NCBI RefSeq assembly: GCF_902713615.1
Contig: NC_052163.1
Location: 38,822,248 to 38,886,247 of the forward strand
Direction of reading: 5' to 3'
From: Scyliorhinus canicula
Taxonomy: Eukaryota
Length of the DNA: 64,000 bases
The notes beneath the pieces are model-generated. The model saw only the letters and a list, made by a program, of their open reading frames with translations, did not search any database and was not told where the DNA came from. The position numbers and the translations under genes were made by a program. Shown piece after piece: positions 1 through 12,400 of the stretch (positions are counted from its first letter, which is position 1; each line of letters starts with the position of its first letter).

Positions 1-1814
1 CAAGTCGCTCAGGCTCCGGGCACATGAATACAACTCCCATTATGGCAATTGGTGGAATTTTAATTCAATGAATAAATTTTGAATGTAAAGCTAGTTTCAG
101 TAATGGTGACGATGAAACTACCATTGATTGTTGCAAAAACCCTTCTGGTTCACCCTTGCCTTGAAAAAGTAACTGTGCTTATTTACGAATTCCTCCATTG
201 CCTTGCTTGCTGCTTTACTCTACTTCTGCAATGTCGGTGAGCCCTTTTTTACCCCATCCCACACCATGTTTCTAATTTTGTGATGGGCCTTTCAGATACA
301 TAGATCTTACCCTCTGCAATTTATTCCCCAAACCTCCCTGCCCTGCCTACCACCCTGCCCCCTTTAAAAATCCTCTGAAAAACTATCTTCCTGACCATGC
401 TCTTTGTCACCTCTCCATTTCTACTACTGCTTATTTCATTTACTCATAAGTGCTTTGAGATTACTTTGAAAATGCTGTACAAAGGCAAGTCTGTTTTATT
501 TTAATTGTATTATAACTAACAGGAAAATATGGTATCTTCAGCATCGATCCATTTTCCCCCTGGACGATTAGCTCATACCCTATTCTGTAATGCATTGAAA
601 ACAACAATTATCTCATTGGGAACTCTACATCTCTTGTAACAATTTTGTTTTTCCTTTCCCACATCCAAGCATTCTTACCTTAAATTACAACTTTTATAGC
701 ATAGATCACATTCTATATGCACTGAATACCAATGAGATTTGTTAATATTTCAGTTCTAAATACCAGATGTTTCAATTCAGTTATTAATTCTAATAAGCAT
801 TCCTTGGAATAAATCAGATATAAATTTTTAATGCCTTTTGGCCTTTGTGTTTGCACACATTCATCATAAAAGGGCTTTCGTGGTTTTCAGTAAGCATTAA
901 TTGATGACTCTCTGTCCAAATAATGGTCAAAACAGCTCTAATGGTGTCATTATTACTGGTAAAAAACCAACAGAGTAAAATTTGAGGCTGCCTGGAGGTC
1001 ATATAAAGCACTAAAACACTGCATCTTCAGAAGCCAATTTGATGAAAGCTGGTTTCTGGTACTGATACTGGTTTCAAACAAGGAAATGAATAAAATGTTA
1101 CAAGCATGGTTAACGATGGCAGTGCACTTTCATATCCAAGCAACCAAACTGAGGTCCCCGGGTCCTGTGGACATGATTCTGAAAGACCAGGCATCTACTT
1201 ACATTTGATTTTTGCTCGTCTGTTCTGACTGAATTTTGTGGATCTGGTGATTGGGAAAGGGCTGTTCTAACACTGTCACTGATGAAGAAATCTGAAATCA
1301 GAACAGCGACTTGAAATATTTACAACTCATGGGAGCATGAATGAAATCTGTGTCTCCTGATACTCCAGTCCACGCTGCTGAGGATTTGAGGCTTCCCTCA
1401 AAGACATATTTAAGTGAAGAATTAGCACAAAGTTTTAAATCATATGCAGGAACCAAGTCAAAGAAGCGTTCATAATTCAACAGTATACATTAAGAATGGC
1501 AAATGCGTATTGAATGGTTTCAAGAGCAGATTCAAATGGGAACACGCAGCAAAAGAGAATCCTAATCATTGGAGATCATTCTATATTTTTAAAAAGAGGA
1601 ACAAAAGCCATACCGCCCGTTCTGCAGCTCTTCCTGGACGCGTTGAGTTACTGGGCAGGCGTGTAGATTTCTGAATGAGTTCTTCCTCTTTCACATTCTT
1701 AATCTCTCATTGGCTCAGCTCACATCAGCACCCCTCCTCCTCCTCCTCCCAAAAAAAGCCTATCCACTGGGTAGGTGGCTTTAACTTTGTTTTTCCAACG
1801 TACCACCGCATAAC

Positions 1815-2470
1815 GCAACAACCCTTATAGAGCCCTTTCCCTCCTTCAAACACAACACAACCTGAACAAAACTCCATCCCAAACAAAAAAAACTTATAAA
1901 GCTCCACCCCCATACACAAACCTTATAAAACTCCAACCCCATACACAATACGTCATAAACCCCACCCCAACACACAAAAACATTATAGAACTCCACCCCA
2001 ACTCATAAACTTGTACAATTCCAACCCCAATCACAACACAACCCTGATAAAACTCCACCCCCATACACAACAAAACCTTCTAAAACGCCAGCCCCATATA
2101 CAGCACAACCCTTCTAAAACTCCACCCCCATACACAAAACCTTATAAAACTCCAACCCCATACACACGTCATAAAACTCCACCCCCAACACACAAAAACA
2201 TTATAGAACTCCACCCCAACTTAAAAACTTATACAATTCCACCCCCATATATAGCACAACCCTTCCAAACCTCTACCTCCATACACAACACAGGCTTATA
2301 AAACTCTACCCCATACTCATCCGTTCTGAAACTCCACCCTTTTCCCAAAACACAACGCTTATAAACCTCCACCCCAAAATTTCCTTCCCCCAAACAAAGA
2401 CCATTATAAAACTGTACCCCCTCCTGCAGAATGTCATCCCCAAAACACCCCGCCCCATCCCTACCACCAT
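1815..2470. repeat. Degenerate C/A-rich minisatellite (unit about 30-35 bp, AAACCTTATAAAACTCCACCCCCATACACAAC-like)
   Basis: Repeated aaactcca(a/c)cccc and acacaa motifs; + strand nearly G-free. Confidence 0.85.
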
Positions 2471-2689
2471 AAGGATCAAATTACGGTCGGTGTCCCACAA
2501 TTAACAGGAGTTCGTGAATTAACAAAGAAAAATAACAGGTCAGACTTTGGATATCATAAAAATCACATGAGGGGTATCACTTTTCTATAAACTGCGTTTT
2601 GAGATGAAGAGCTTTAGCTGGATTTTCATTTTAAAGCTCTGGTAAAAGTAAAACAGACGCTGAAAGCTTCGGCTGGGGGTGTTTTATTG

Positions 2690-3430
2690 AGCTGTGAGGA
2701 GGGGGTATGTGTGGGGAAGCGCCCGGCAGCTATACTGTGCGGCCAATACGTGCCACTTGTCAGGTTGGCAATGTCGCTGTTGAGAAGGGGAGGCGGCGCC
2801 AGTGTGAAGGACGGGGCGTCCTGCGGCAGCCTGACTCATAGCCGAGGCTGTGCCGGAGACAGTGACACTGCACGAGGGGAGGGCTCAACACACTGAAAGG
2901 AAAGATGGCATTAAACAGCAAACGCTTCTTCATGACATGTCGGTGAAATCTTTCATTCCTGGCGTTGACCCGCAATCGGTGTATACAATAAGCTCACTCG
3001 CTCAGCTTGCCAGCATTCGGAAGTCCCCTAAAGAAAACTAAGGTGATTTATTTGTGTATTTATGATCTAGCATTAGCTTGTCGTATTGCCTCGGACTGCT
3101 TTTAAACTGTGCTTTTGTCTGCCCTGGAGGATGTTCAGAGATAACCGGGGTGTTTGCTGCGATTTGTGGAGGTGGACTCCGGTCATTTGGAGATGTGAGC
3201 AGCAGCCTCTGGTCTCCTTGCTGTTAAATATCCGCGGGCGGCCGGCCGGGCTGTGTGTGTGTGAACTGCCCGCCAAGTGCTCGCTCCCTCAACTTCAAAG
3301 CTGTCTCTTTGCACCCCCAGAGCTTTGTGGACACGAGCGCTGAACGACTGCCCCGGGGGCCAGATCCGCACCGTGGAGGAAGAGAAGCCAGCAGTGCGGT
3401 GGGGAGGTGGAAAAGGTCCTTCGGTAGACA
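2690..3430 (+). promoter_or_regulatory. CpG-rich NARF promoter/5' region with CCAAT box (2743-2747) overlapping a TACGTG HRE-like site (2747-2752)
   Basis: Local GC/CpG enrichment directly upstream of the ATG exon; ggCCAATACGTGcc read directly. Confidence 0.55.
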
Positions 3431-3456
3431 TGAAGTGCGATAAATGCACGAAAGAT
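3430..3456 (+). CDS. NARF: NARF coding exon 1 (MKCDKCTKD)
   Basis: ATG at 3430, donor GTGAGG at 3457; resembles human MKCEHCTRK. Confidence 0.88.
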
Positions 3457-6400
3457 GTGAGGAAAAATTCCTTTGTCCTTGATTAGTTACCTTCCTCTTT
3501 TTTTTTCTTGCTCTTTGCCTTCGATTTGTGACAGTGCTGAGATGAGCACGTTTGAGAGATTTTTGTTATTGTCGTACAGCACCTTTCTCTGACGAGCTGA
3601 ATTTTGTGTTTGATTTTAGAAATGCACCAAAAAGCAGAAAAATAATGAAAACGAAAGTCGGGTCAACGACACCAAGAACGCCACCACCAGCGAAATAGAC
3701 GAGGTGAGGCACCTAGAGAGAGGCTAATATTATGAATTTTTAAAAAAATGTCTTGTTACTGAATTACACTTTTTTTGACAGGAAAGTGAATTTCATCGAC
3801 TAGCAAATGCCAAAATCTTTCTTAGTGATTGCCTGGCTTGTGATAACTGCGTGACCTCAACAGAGAGTCGGCAAATCGCCCAACAGTGTCAAGAGGAGTT
3901 TTTCACGGTTCTCGGCCTCAATCAGGTAAAATAAATGGACAGTAAGGCATTCTTATATTGCTGGCAATTATAATGGCGAGTTTAAAGGCGTGTTGGAGTC
4001 GAAAGTCAAATCCAACAATTTATGGCAAGGCACAGATAACCATCAATTACAAATCACCACCAATCTCTTGCTGTCAATCACATTGCTGAATTTGCATTGT
4101 AAATATAGTTTAAACCTGTCACAAAGTTAGGGCTGATATTGTATAACCTAAGGAGACTTTTTAAGACCAGATTTCTGTTCCTGCTTTGCCAGAGTTCTTG
4201 GAGACCCAGAAAGGGAAGAGTTGAACTGCGGCGTCTGACTCCATAGGTAGTAAATGGTCTGGAGAGGTTATAACATTTTTAATATGTCTTCCAAAATCTC
4301 CCTTTGACTCATGTTGTTTCTTCCAATCTCTCTCTCTCTCTCTCTCTGCTTAATTTGAACCCCCCATTTCTTCTATGGTTTTCATTTTGTTTCACTCTCC
4401 TCTACTGTGGTTGATAGACTAGTTATAGTCCTTCACCGAGGTCCCAGTGAAGGACCTTGCCCTGTCATGCTATTGTCAGTTTGCACTTCCGAACTTTATT
4501 GAAACTGGAGGTGAGGCGAGGGGGGTTGGGGGTGGGGGTGGAAATCCAGCTCATGTTGTTTAACAAAGGTGCCATTCCCCAATAGATTCTCGACCACAGC
4601 AACTTCAAATTTGTGTCACTAGCAACTGAAAACTAAGAAGTATCAAAGTACCATTGAAGTACACTGTGTCAGACAGAAGTGACCTTTGTGGATTTTCTGC
4701 AATAAGAATTTGTGATGATTGATTTCAGGTGGTTTATAATAAAGGTAACTCCTTAATTGTAATCTAATTGACAAGTTTGAGAATAGCAGGCGATCTTTCA
4801 TTCGGTAAAGAGACCAATGTCCATATGATGAAAAGACAAGCGAATCTACAATGTGAGCTGTTTCCATTTTGTCCAAATGAATCATTGTTAGTATATCCTT
4901 CAACAGTTGGCGGTTTCAAAAGTGCCTGAATTAGCAGGCAGTAGTATAGTTCCAAGTTCAGGTCTACCACCGAATGCCCATTTGAATGTCCGTGAACTTT
5001 AAATGTATGTAGTGACTGTGCAACAAAATACATTAAATATAGTTTCTTTTCTGGCTTCAATGCTTGACCTAGGTGCAATATACACAGGCCTGCACAAGTA
5101 TTTGTGGAACAGCCTGGCACCATCTGCAGCATGTTCTGTTAACCCAACCTTCCTTTTAAGAACTGTTGAGGCAAAGGTGATTGACATAGCACTCATTTAA
5201 TATGTACCTGCACACCTTTATTTAAGAATCTGGCAAGTTTTGGCTTGCGTCAAGATACGGATTACAATTCAGGTTCTTTCACAAGTGAGTGTTGTACCTG
5301 GATAGTGGGATGTGTTCAAAGGCTAATGAGAGCAACATTGAAAATGATCTATTTGTGCCCATAGAAAAGGGTGGTTCTTTGTATTATTTACTTAAACAGG
5401 GATAGAAGGAATGAATGCACAAATCTTCAAAAAGCAGGACTAGACTATACAGGCCACCACCTGAATCAAAAAGTTACGGTTTGAGTTTGAGGCGGCACGG
5501 TGGTTAGCACTGTTGCCTCACAGTACTCGGGACCTGGGTTCAATTCCAACATCTGGTGACTGTGTAGAGTTTGCACTGCGTGGGTTTTCTCTGGGTGCTC
5601 CAGTTTCTTCCCACAGTCTAAAGAGGTGCAGGATAGGTGGATTGGCTATGCTAAATTGTCCCTAAATGTCCAAACATTAGGTGGGATTACAGGGATAGGG
5701 TGGGGATTGGGTCTGTGTAGGGTGGTCTTTCAAATGGTGGGTGCTCCAGTTTCTTCCCACAGTCCAAAGATGTGCAGGATAGGTGGATTGGCTATGCTAA
5801 ATTGCCCCTAAATGTCCAAACATTAGGTGGGATTACAGGGATAGGGTGGGGATTGGATCTGTGTAGGGTGGTCTTTCAAATGGTCGGTGCAGCCTCAATG
5901 GGCTGAATGGCCTCCTGCACTGTAGGGATTCTATTCTATTCTAACTTTAATTTCTACTGGAATTTCATTTCCTCTGCTTATGGTTGCTGGTTTCGTGGAG
6001 AATTTTAATTTAGAAAATTAACAAGCTATAATATCCATTGGGGCTTTAACAGAGTGGAATTTAAATCTCTTTTGAGATTAAATATTTTTACATGTCTCTC
6101 AAATTTGATTGAGTCTTTTGAAGGCCTAACTAAGAAGGTGGATGAGGGCAGTGCAGTCGATGTTGTCTACATGGACTTTAACAAGTCCTTTGACAAGGTA
6201 CCGCGTGATAGGTTGTTGCATAAGGTTAAATCTCAGGATTCAGGGTGAGGTAGCCAATTGGATACAAATTCGGCTTGACGACAGAAGATAAAGGGTGGTT
6301 GTAGAGAATTGTTTTTCTGGAGACCTGTGACCAGTGGTGTGCTCTGGGATCAGTGCTGGGTTTGTTAATTATATTAATGATTTGAATGAGAATTTAGGAG

Positions 6401-9400
6401 GCATGGTTAGTAAGTTTGCAGATGACACCAAGATTGGTGGCATAGTGGACAGTGAAGAAGGTTATCTAGGATTAATTGGGCCAGCGGGCAGATGGAGTTT
6501 AATTTGGCTAAATGTGAGGTGATGCATTTTGGTAGTACAAATAGGGGCAGGACCTACTCAGTTAATGATAGGGTGTTGGGGATAGTTATAGAATAAAGAG
6601 ATCTAGGATTACAGGTTCAGAGCTATAGCTCCTTGAAAGTGGAGTCACAGGTGGACAGGATGATAAAGAAGGCATTCGGCATGCATGGTTTCATTTGTCA
6701 GAATATTGAATACAGAAGTTGGGACGTCTTGCTGAAACTGCACAAGACATTAGTAAGGCCACACTTGGAATACTGTGTACAGTTCTGGTCACCCTATTAT
6801 AGAAAGGATATTATTAAAGTAGAAGGAATGCAGAAAAGACTTACTGGGATGCTGCCAGGACTTGATGGTTTGAGATATAAGAGGAGGCTAGATAGACTGG
6901 GATTTTTCCCTGGAGCGTAGGAGGCTTGGGGGTGATCTTATAGCAGTCTATAAAATAATGAGATATAGTAGATAGTCAACATCTTTTCCCAAAGGTAGGG
7001 ATGTCTAAAACTAGAGGGCATAGGTTTAAGGGGAGAGATACAAAAAGGTCCAAAGGGGCAATTTTTTTAGAGGGTGGTGAGTGTCTAGAACGAGCTGCCA
7101 GAGGCAGTGGTAGAGGTGGGTACAATTTTGTCTTTTTAAAAAGCATTCAGACAGTTATATGGGTAAGATGGGTACAGAGGGATATGGGCCAAATGCGGGC
7201 AATTGGGACTACTAGCTTAGTGGTAAAAACAGGGCGGCATGGGCAAGTTGGGCCGAAGGGCCTGTTCATGCTGTAAACCTCTGTGACTATGTCACTTGAG
7301 GGCAAGGATTGAATTAATTGATTTGGCTGTCCTTAACATGCACAACAGAGAGTTTGAATGTTAGATGCAGCCTGTAATTATAGCGATTTCACCTTGATTA
7401 CAAGCCAGTTGTATCATTTTGGGTAAATGTATTCTATAAAGACTTTGGATTGTACTGATTTTTACCCTGATCGAGGATAATCTTTGAAAAGCAGAATACA
7501 TTGATGTTATTTAGAACTTGCTGAATCTTCAGTATGAATTAAGTGGAGTAGTTTTAGTTCCATGTCAAGTTGGCGACTGATGGAAAGCCTCTTTTAATTA
7601 GGTAGATCTTTTATGCTGCAGGGCAGCATGGTAGCATTGTGGATAGCACAATTGCTTCACGGCTCCAGGGTCCCAGGTTCGATTCCCGGCTTGGGTCACT
7701 GTCTGTGCGGAGTCTGCACATCCTCCCTGTGTGTGCGTGGGTTTCCTTTGGGTGCTCCGGTTTCCTCCCACAGTCCAAAGATTTGCAGGTTAGGTGGATT
7801 GGCCATGATAAATTGCCCTTAGTGTCCAAAATTGCCCTTAGTGTTGGGTGGGGTTACTGGGTTATGGGGATAGGGTGGGGGTGTTGACCTCGGCTAGGGT
7901 GCTCTTTCCAAGAGCCGGTGCAGACTCGATGGGCCGAGTGGCCTCCTTCTGCACTGTAAATTCTATGAGATTACTTCAGAATAAACCTCATGATGTAATA
8001 TTTTATGCTATACCTGCTCGGTACAGTAATATCACATCAGAACATGTGACCTGAGGTTTTTTTTGGATGCAATGAGTATTTTAATTTATGTCAGTTTGAA
8101 TTGTTTTTTTATACTTTCATGGGATGTGTGCATTGCTGTCAAGGCCTCTATCTGTTGCCCATTCCTAGTTGCCTTTTGAGAAGGTAGTGGTAAGTCACCT
8201 TTGGTGTGGGTACATTCACAGTGCTGTTTGGAAGAGTGTTCCAGGATTTTGACCCCTGTGAAAGGACACTGATAGAATTTCAAGTCAGATGGTGTGTGAC
8301 TTTGAAGAGAAACTTCAATGTGGTGGTGTTCCCATACATCTGCTCCCTTGCTCGGGTATAATACTGGAGCATTTTCCTGTCGTTGCCAGGTTTGTCTGTT
8401 TTCCAGATGGTGTGGGGAATAGACTTGCATGGGTCCTAGTTATGCCTCCTTCTGTGGGGTATGTGGCGCATTATTTGTTCCTCTGCTGCTCTGGCCCTAC
8501 TCCAATTCTTTTACTGGTATATTGTGACCGTACAGATGCCATATCCCGCTCTTACTCCAGAACCGGAAAATTTCATCAACTTTACTTCCAATTTTAAAAA
8601 GGACCTGCAAAGATGGAACACACTCCCGCTCTCCCTCGCGGGGAGAGTTCAGACGATCAAAATGAACGTACTGCCCAGGTTCCTCTTCCTGTTTAGATCC
8701 ATTCCGATCTACATCCCCAAGGCCTTTTTCAAAGCGCTGGACAAACTCATCATGGCGTTCGTATGGGGGGGTAAAAATGCTAGGATCCCAAAGAAGGTCT
8801 TACAAAAAACAAAAACCAGGGGAGGGCTAGCCCTCCCGAATCTACAATTCTACCACTGGGCAGCAACAGCCGAGCGAGTAAGGGGATGGATCCAGGAGCC
8901 AGAAGCTGAGTGGGTGCGTGCGGAGGAGGCCTCCTGCATGGGAACCTCCCTCCGGGCCCTCGCCACGGCAGCACTCCCATCCCCACCCAAAAAACACTCC
9001 AGCAGCCCAGTGGTGACAGCCACCCTCCAATCCTGGAACCAACTGCGGCAGCAACTTGGCCTGACCAAAATGTCGAACAGGGCTCCCATCTGCAACAACC
9101 ATAGGTTCACACCAGCACTGACTGACGCCACCTTCAAAAGGTGGAGGCAGGACGGGGGGACACTGACAGTCAAGGACCTATACACGGACGACAGGATCGC
9201 AACACTGGACGAACTGACAGAGAAATTTCAGCTAGCTGGGGGGAACGAGCTACGGTACCTGCAGCTCAAAAACTTCCTACGAAAGGAGACAAGGACATAC
9301 CCACAACCGCCACGACGGACACTACTGGAAGACCTACTGGACGCAAGTATCCTACAGAAAGGGAACTGTAGTGACATGTATGACCGACTGGTAGATAGGG

Positions 9401-12400
9401 ACGACACCGTACTGGACGCAACAAGAAGGAAATGGGAGGACGACCTGGGGATGGAGATAGGGTGGGGACTCTGGAGCGAAGCACTGCATAGGGTCAACTC
9501 CACCTCCACGTGCGCAAGGCTCAGCCTGACGCAACTAAAAGTGGTACATAGAGCCCACTTAACGAGAAACCGTATGAGTAGGTTCTTCCCGGAGGTGGAG
9601 GACAAATGTGAGCGGTGCCAGAGAGGCCCGGCCAACCACGCCCACATGTTCTGGTCTTGCCCCAGACTTGTGGAGTACTGGACAGCCTTCTTCGAGGCTA
9701 TGTCCAAAGTGGTGGGAGTGAGGGTGGAGCCATGCCCGATAGTGGCGGTCTTCGGGGTTTCAGAACAGCCAGATCTATTCCTGGGGAGGAGGGCGGACGC
9801 CCTTGCCTTTGCCTCCCTGATCGCCCGCCGTAGAATCCTGTTTGGCTGGCGGTCAGCAGCACCGCCCAGAGCTGCGGACTGGCTGTCCGACCTCTCGGAA
9901 TCTCTCCAAATGGAGAAAATCAAATTTGCCATCCGAGGGTCGGACGACGGCTTCCACAGAACGTGGGAGCCATTCATGCAACTGTTCCGGGACCTATTTG
10001 TGGCCAATGTACAAGAGGAAGAATAGTCGGGGGAAGGTAGCGGGAGGGGGGGGGGGGGGGGCTACAGGTTCGGTACGGGGGTTTGATGGCTAGCTAAGGC
10101 CCAAAACCAAACTAAATAAACATGTTGAGGGGGGGGGGGGGGCGCAGTTACTACTACGAAGATGCTTACCTGTAAATATGTATGTTAATTTTTGCGTGTT
10201 TTTTTTTTTCTCTCCTAACAATTTGTAATTTGTTCAATATAAAATATGAAAACTGAATAAAAACATTTATAAAAAAAAACTTTACTTCCAATTTTCACCC
10301 TTCTCTCCTTTCACGTGGTCCATCTCTGATAGTTCCCTTCCTTCCTTGACTGCTCTGATTCCATTTTTTGCGATAGGCTGGCCACTAATATTCATAGTAA
10401 ACCCACCAGCTACATTGACTACCTCAACAACACTTATTTATACCCTGCCTCCTGTCAGGACTCCACTCCCATTCTCTCACTTTCTCCATCTCCGTTGCAT
10501 TTGTTATGATGTAATCTTCTACAACAGCTCTCCTGATACTTATGAAGACACCATCCTCCCCCACCCACTGTAGTTGACAGGGCCCTCAATCGTGTCGGAT
10601 CCATTTCTCGCCCTTCTGTTTTTACCCCTTCCTCCCAGAACTGTACTAGTGTTTCCTTTTTCCTCGCTTTCCACCCCACCAGGCTGCATATTCAAAGGAT
10701 CACCTTCCTCCATTTCTAGCATGATGCCACCAACAAACACATGTTCCCTTCACTCCCCTGTCAGCATTCCAAAGGGACGGTTCTCCCTGTGACACGTTGG
10801 TCCGTTCCTCAATCACCCCCAATACCTCGTCCCTTTCCCATGCAATCACGAGTTGTGTCACCTGCCCTTTTACATCTTCTCCCCATTCAGGATCCCCAAC
10901 GCTCTTACAGGTGTAGCACTGATTTACATATACTTGTAATTCAGCAAACGTTATTCATTGCTCATAATGGACTCTACTCTGGGAAGACCAAATAGGGATT
11001 GGGGTACATCGTTTTACTGAAAACCTCCAGAGAGTCCGCAGCCAGTATCCCGAGCTTCTGGTTGTTTGCCATTTCATTCACCACCGTACTCTCACACTCC
11101 CATTTCTAATGTGGAGATGCTTGCATTGACTGGGGTGAGCACAGTAAGAAGTCTTACAACACCAGGTTAAAGTCCAACATGTTTGTTTCAAACACTAGCT
11201 TTCGGAGCACTACTCCTTCCTCAGGTGGAGGAATTCACATTCCCCTGAGGAAGGAGCAGTGCTCCGAAAGCTAGTGTTTGAAACAAACATTTTGGACTTT
11301 AACCTGGTGTTGTAAGACTTCTTACTGTACTCCCATTTCTGTCCTCTGCCTGCTGCAGTGTTCCAGTGAAGCGCAGCACACACTATAGGAACACCACTTC
11401 ATCTTCCATTTAAGCACTTTTCTGCACTTAACATTGAGATCAGAATTGCGGAACTTAGGACTGTGAACCAATTCCTTCATTTTTCTTTCTGTCATGTAAC
11501 CATCCTCACCTTGTTTTGTTTTTGCTTGCAGACCGAGCTGCTCATTCCACCATTGACTCTCGATCTAGACCAATGCTTTGTTTCTTTACTACAACCATTA
11601 CCACTCCATTTGCCTTTTGTTCCATGGCAGCTTTGTCAAATAATCACCCCTTTCCCAGAGCTTCCCTTTTGTTCTTTCTGTCCACCCCAACATCTCTATT
11701 GTCCTCCAGTTCTGAAGAAGTCATTTGATTCCAAGCGTTAACTGTTTTTCTCTCCATCGATGCTGCCACAACAGCTGAGTATTTGCAGCACATTCCTGTT
11801 TATATATTGCTCTTCCTTCATAATTGTTTAATGAAAATCTTGGAACTCGCTAACTAATAAGACTTCAGTCCATGTAGTGAAGGCCATCACCTTGTCGAGG
11901 ATATCTCCGGATGGACGCTGAAATGCTGTCCTTAGCCATGATGTGCTTGCACCAAGAATCAAAAACCTATCTAAGCAGTCAACTATATTTAATACATCTG
12001 AATGAAATATATAAGTTCTTAAATTTTTAAGTCAGGCATTTATTGTACCTCATTTGCCAAACAAATTTTAATTGTTTGTAATACAGAACATAGTGAAAAG
12101 TAGCAATTATAATTCAGAGGTTTGAAAAGAGCAAAGAATGCCCTTTTTTCCTAAGTCACATTCAAAGGATTCACTTATTCATACAAAGATCCAAGCTATT
12201 TGTATTCTAGCATATTCATGATTGCATTTATGAAATGTCATTGCAGTACAATTGGCTGACTTGTGATGACGCGAATGGAATAGCTATAATAAGAATTGTT
12301 TCAGTGGTTAGTAATGATTTTTAAATTGTAATTGAAATGGATTGCTCTTGGGTGGGTGTCTCAATAATTACAGGTAAAGCTGGAATATTGTACTCTTATA

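Larger units (their letters stand above)
8400..11810 (+). mobile_element. Degenerate Penelope-like element (RT and GIY-YIG remnants, pseudo-LTR), split by the L1 and by a hairpin insert
   Basis: Remnant peptides like [30 protein letters not shown] and a GIY-YIG-like stretch at about 10920-11030; 3' end at 11710-11800 with a decayed CTGAAGA...CGTTAAC hammerhead-type motif. Confidence 0.75.

Noticed and set aside
7613-7967. Recurrent short ORFs such as [16 protein letters not shown]...[15 protein letters not shown] as a gene family
   Set aside because: They are translations of V-SINE copies.
8461-10026. Longest ORF (521 aa) as a host gene
   Set aside because: It is L1 ORF2 C-terminus with TSD and A tail, plus a chance Penelope-derived N-terminus.
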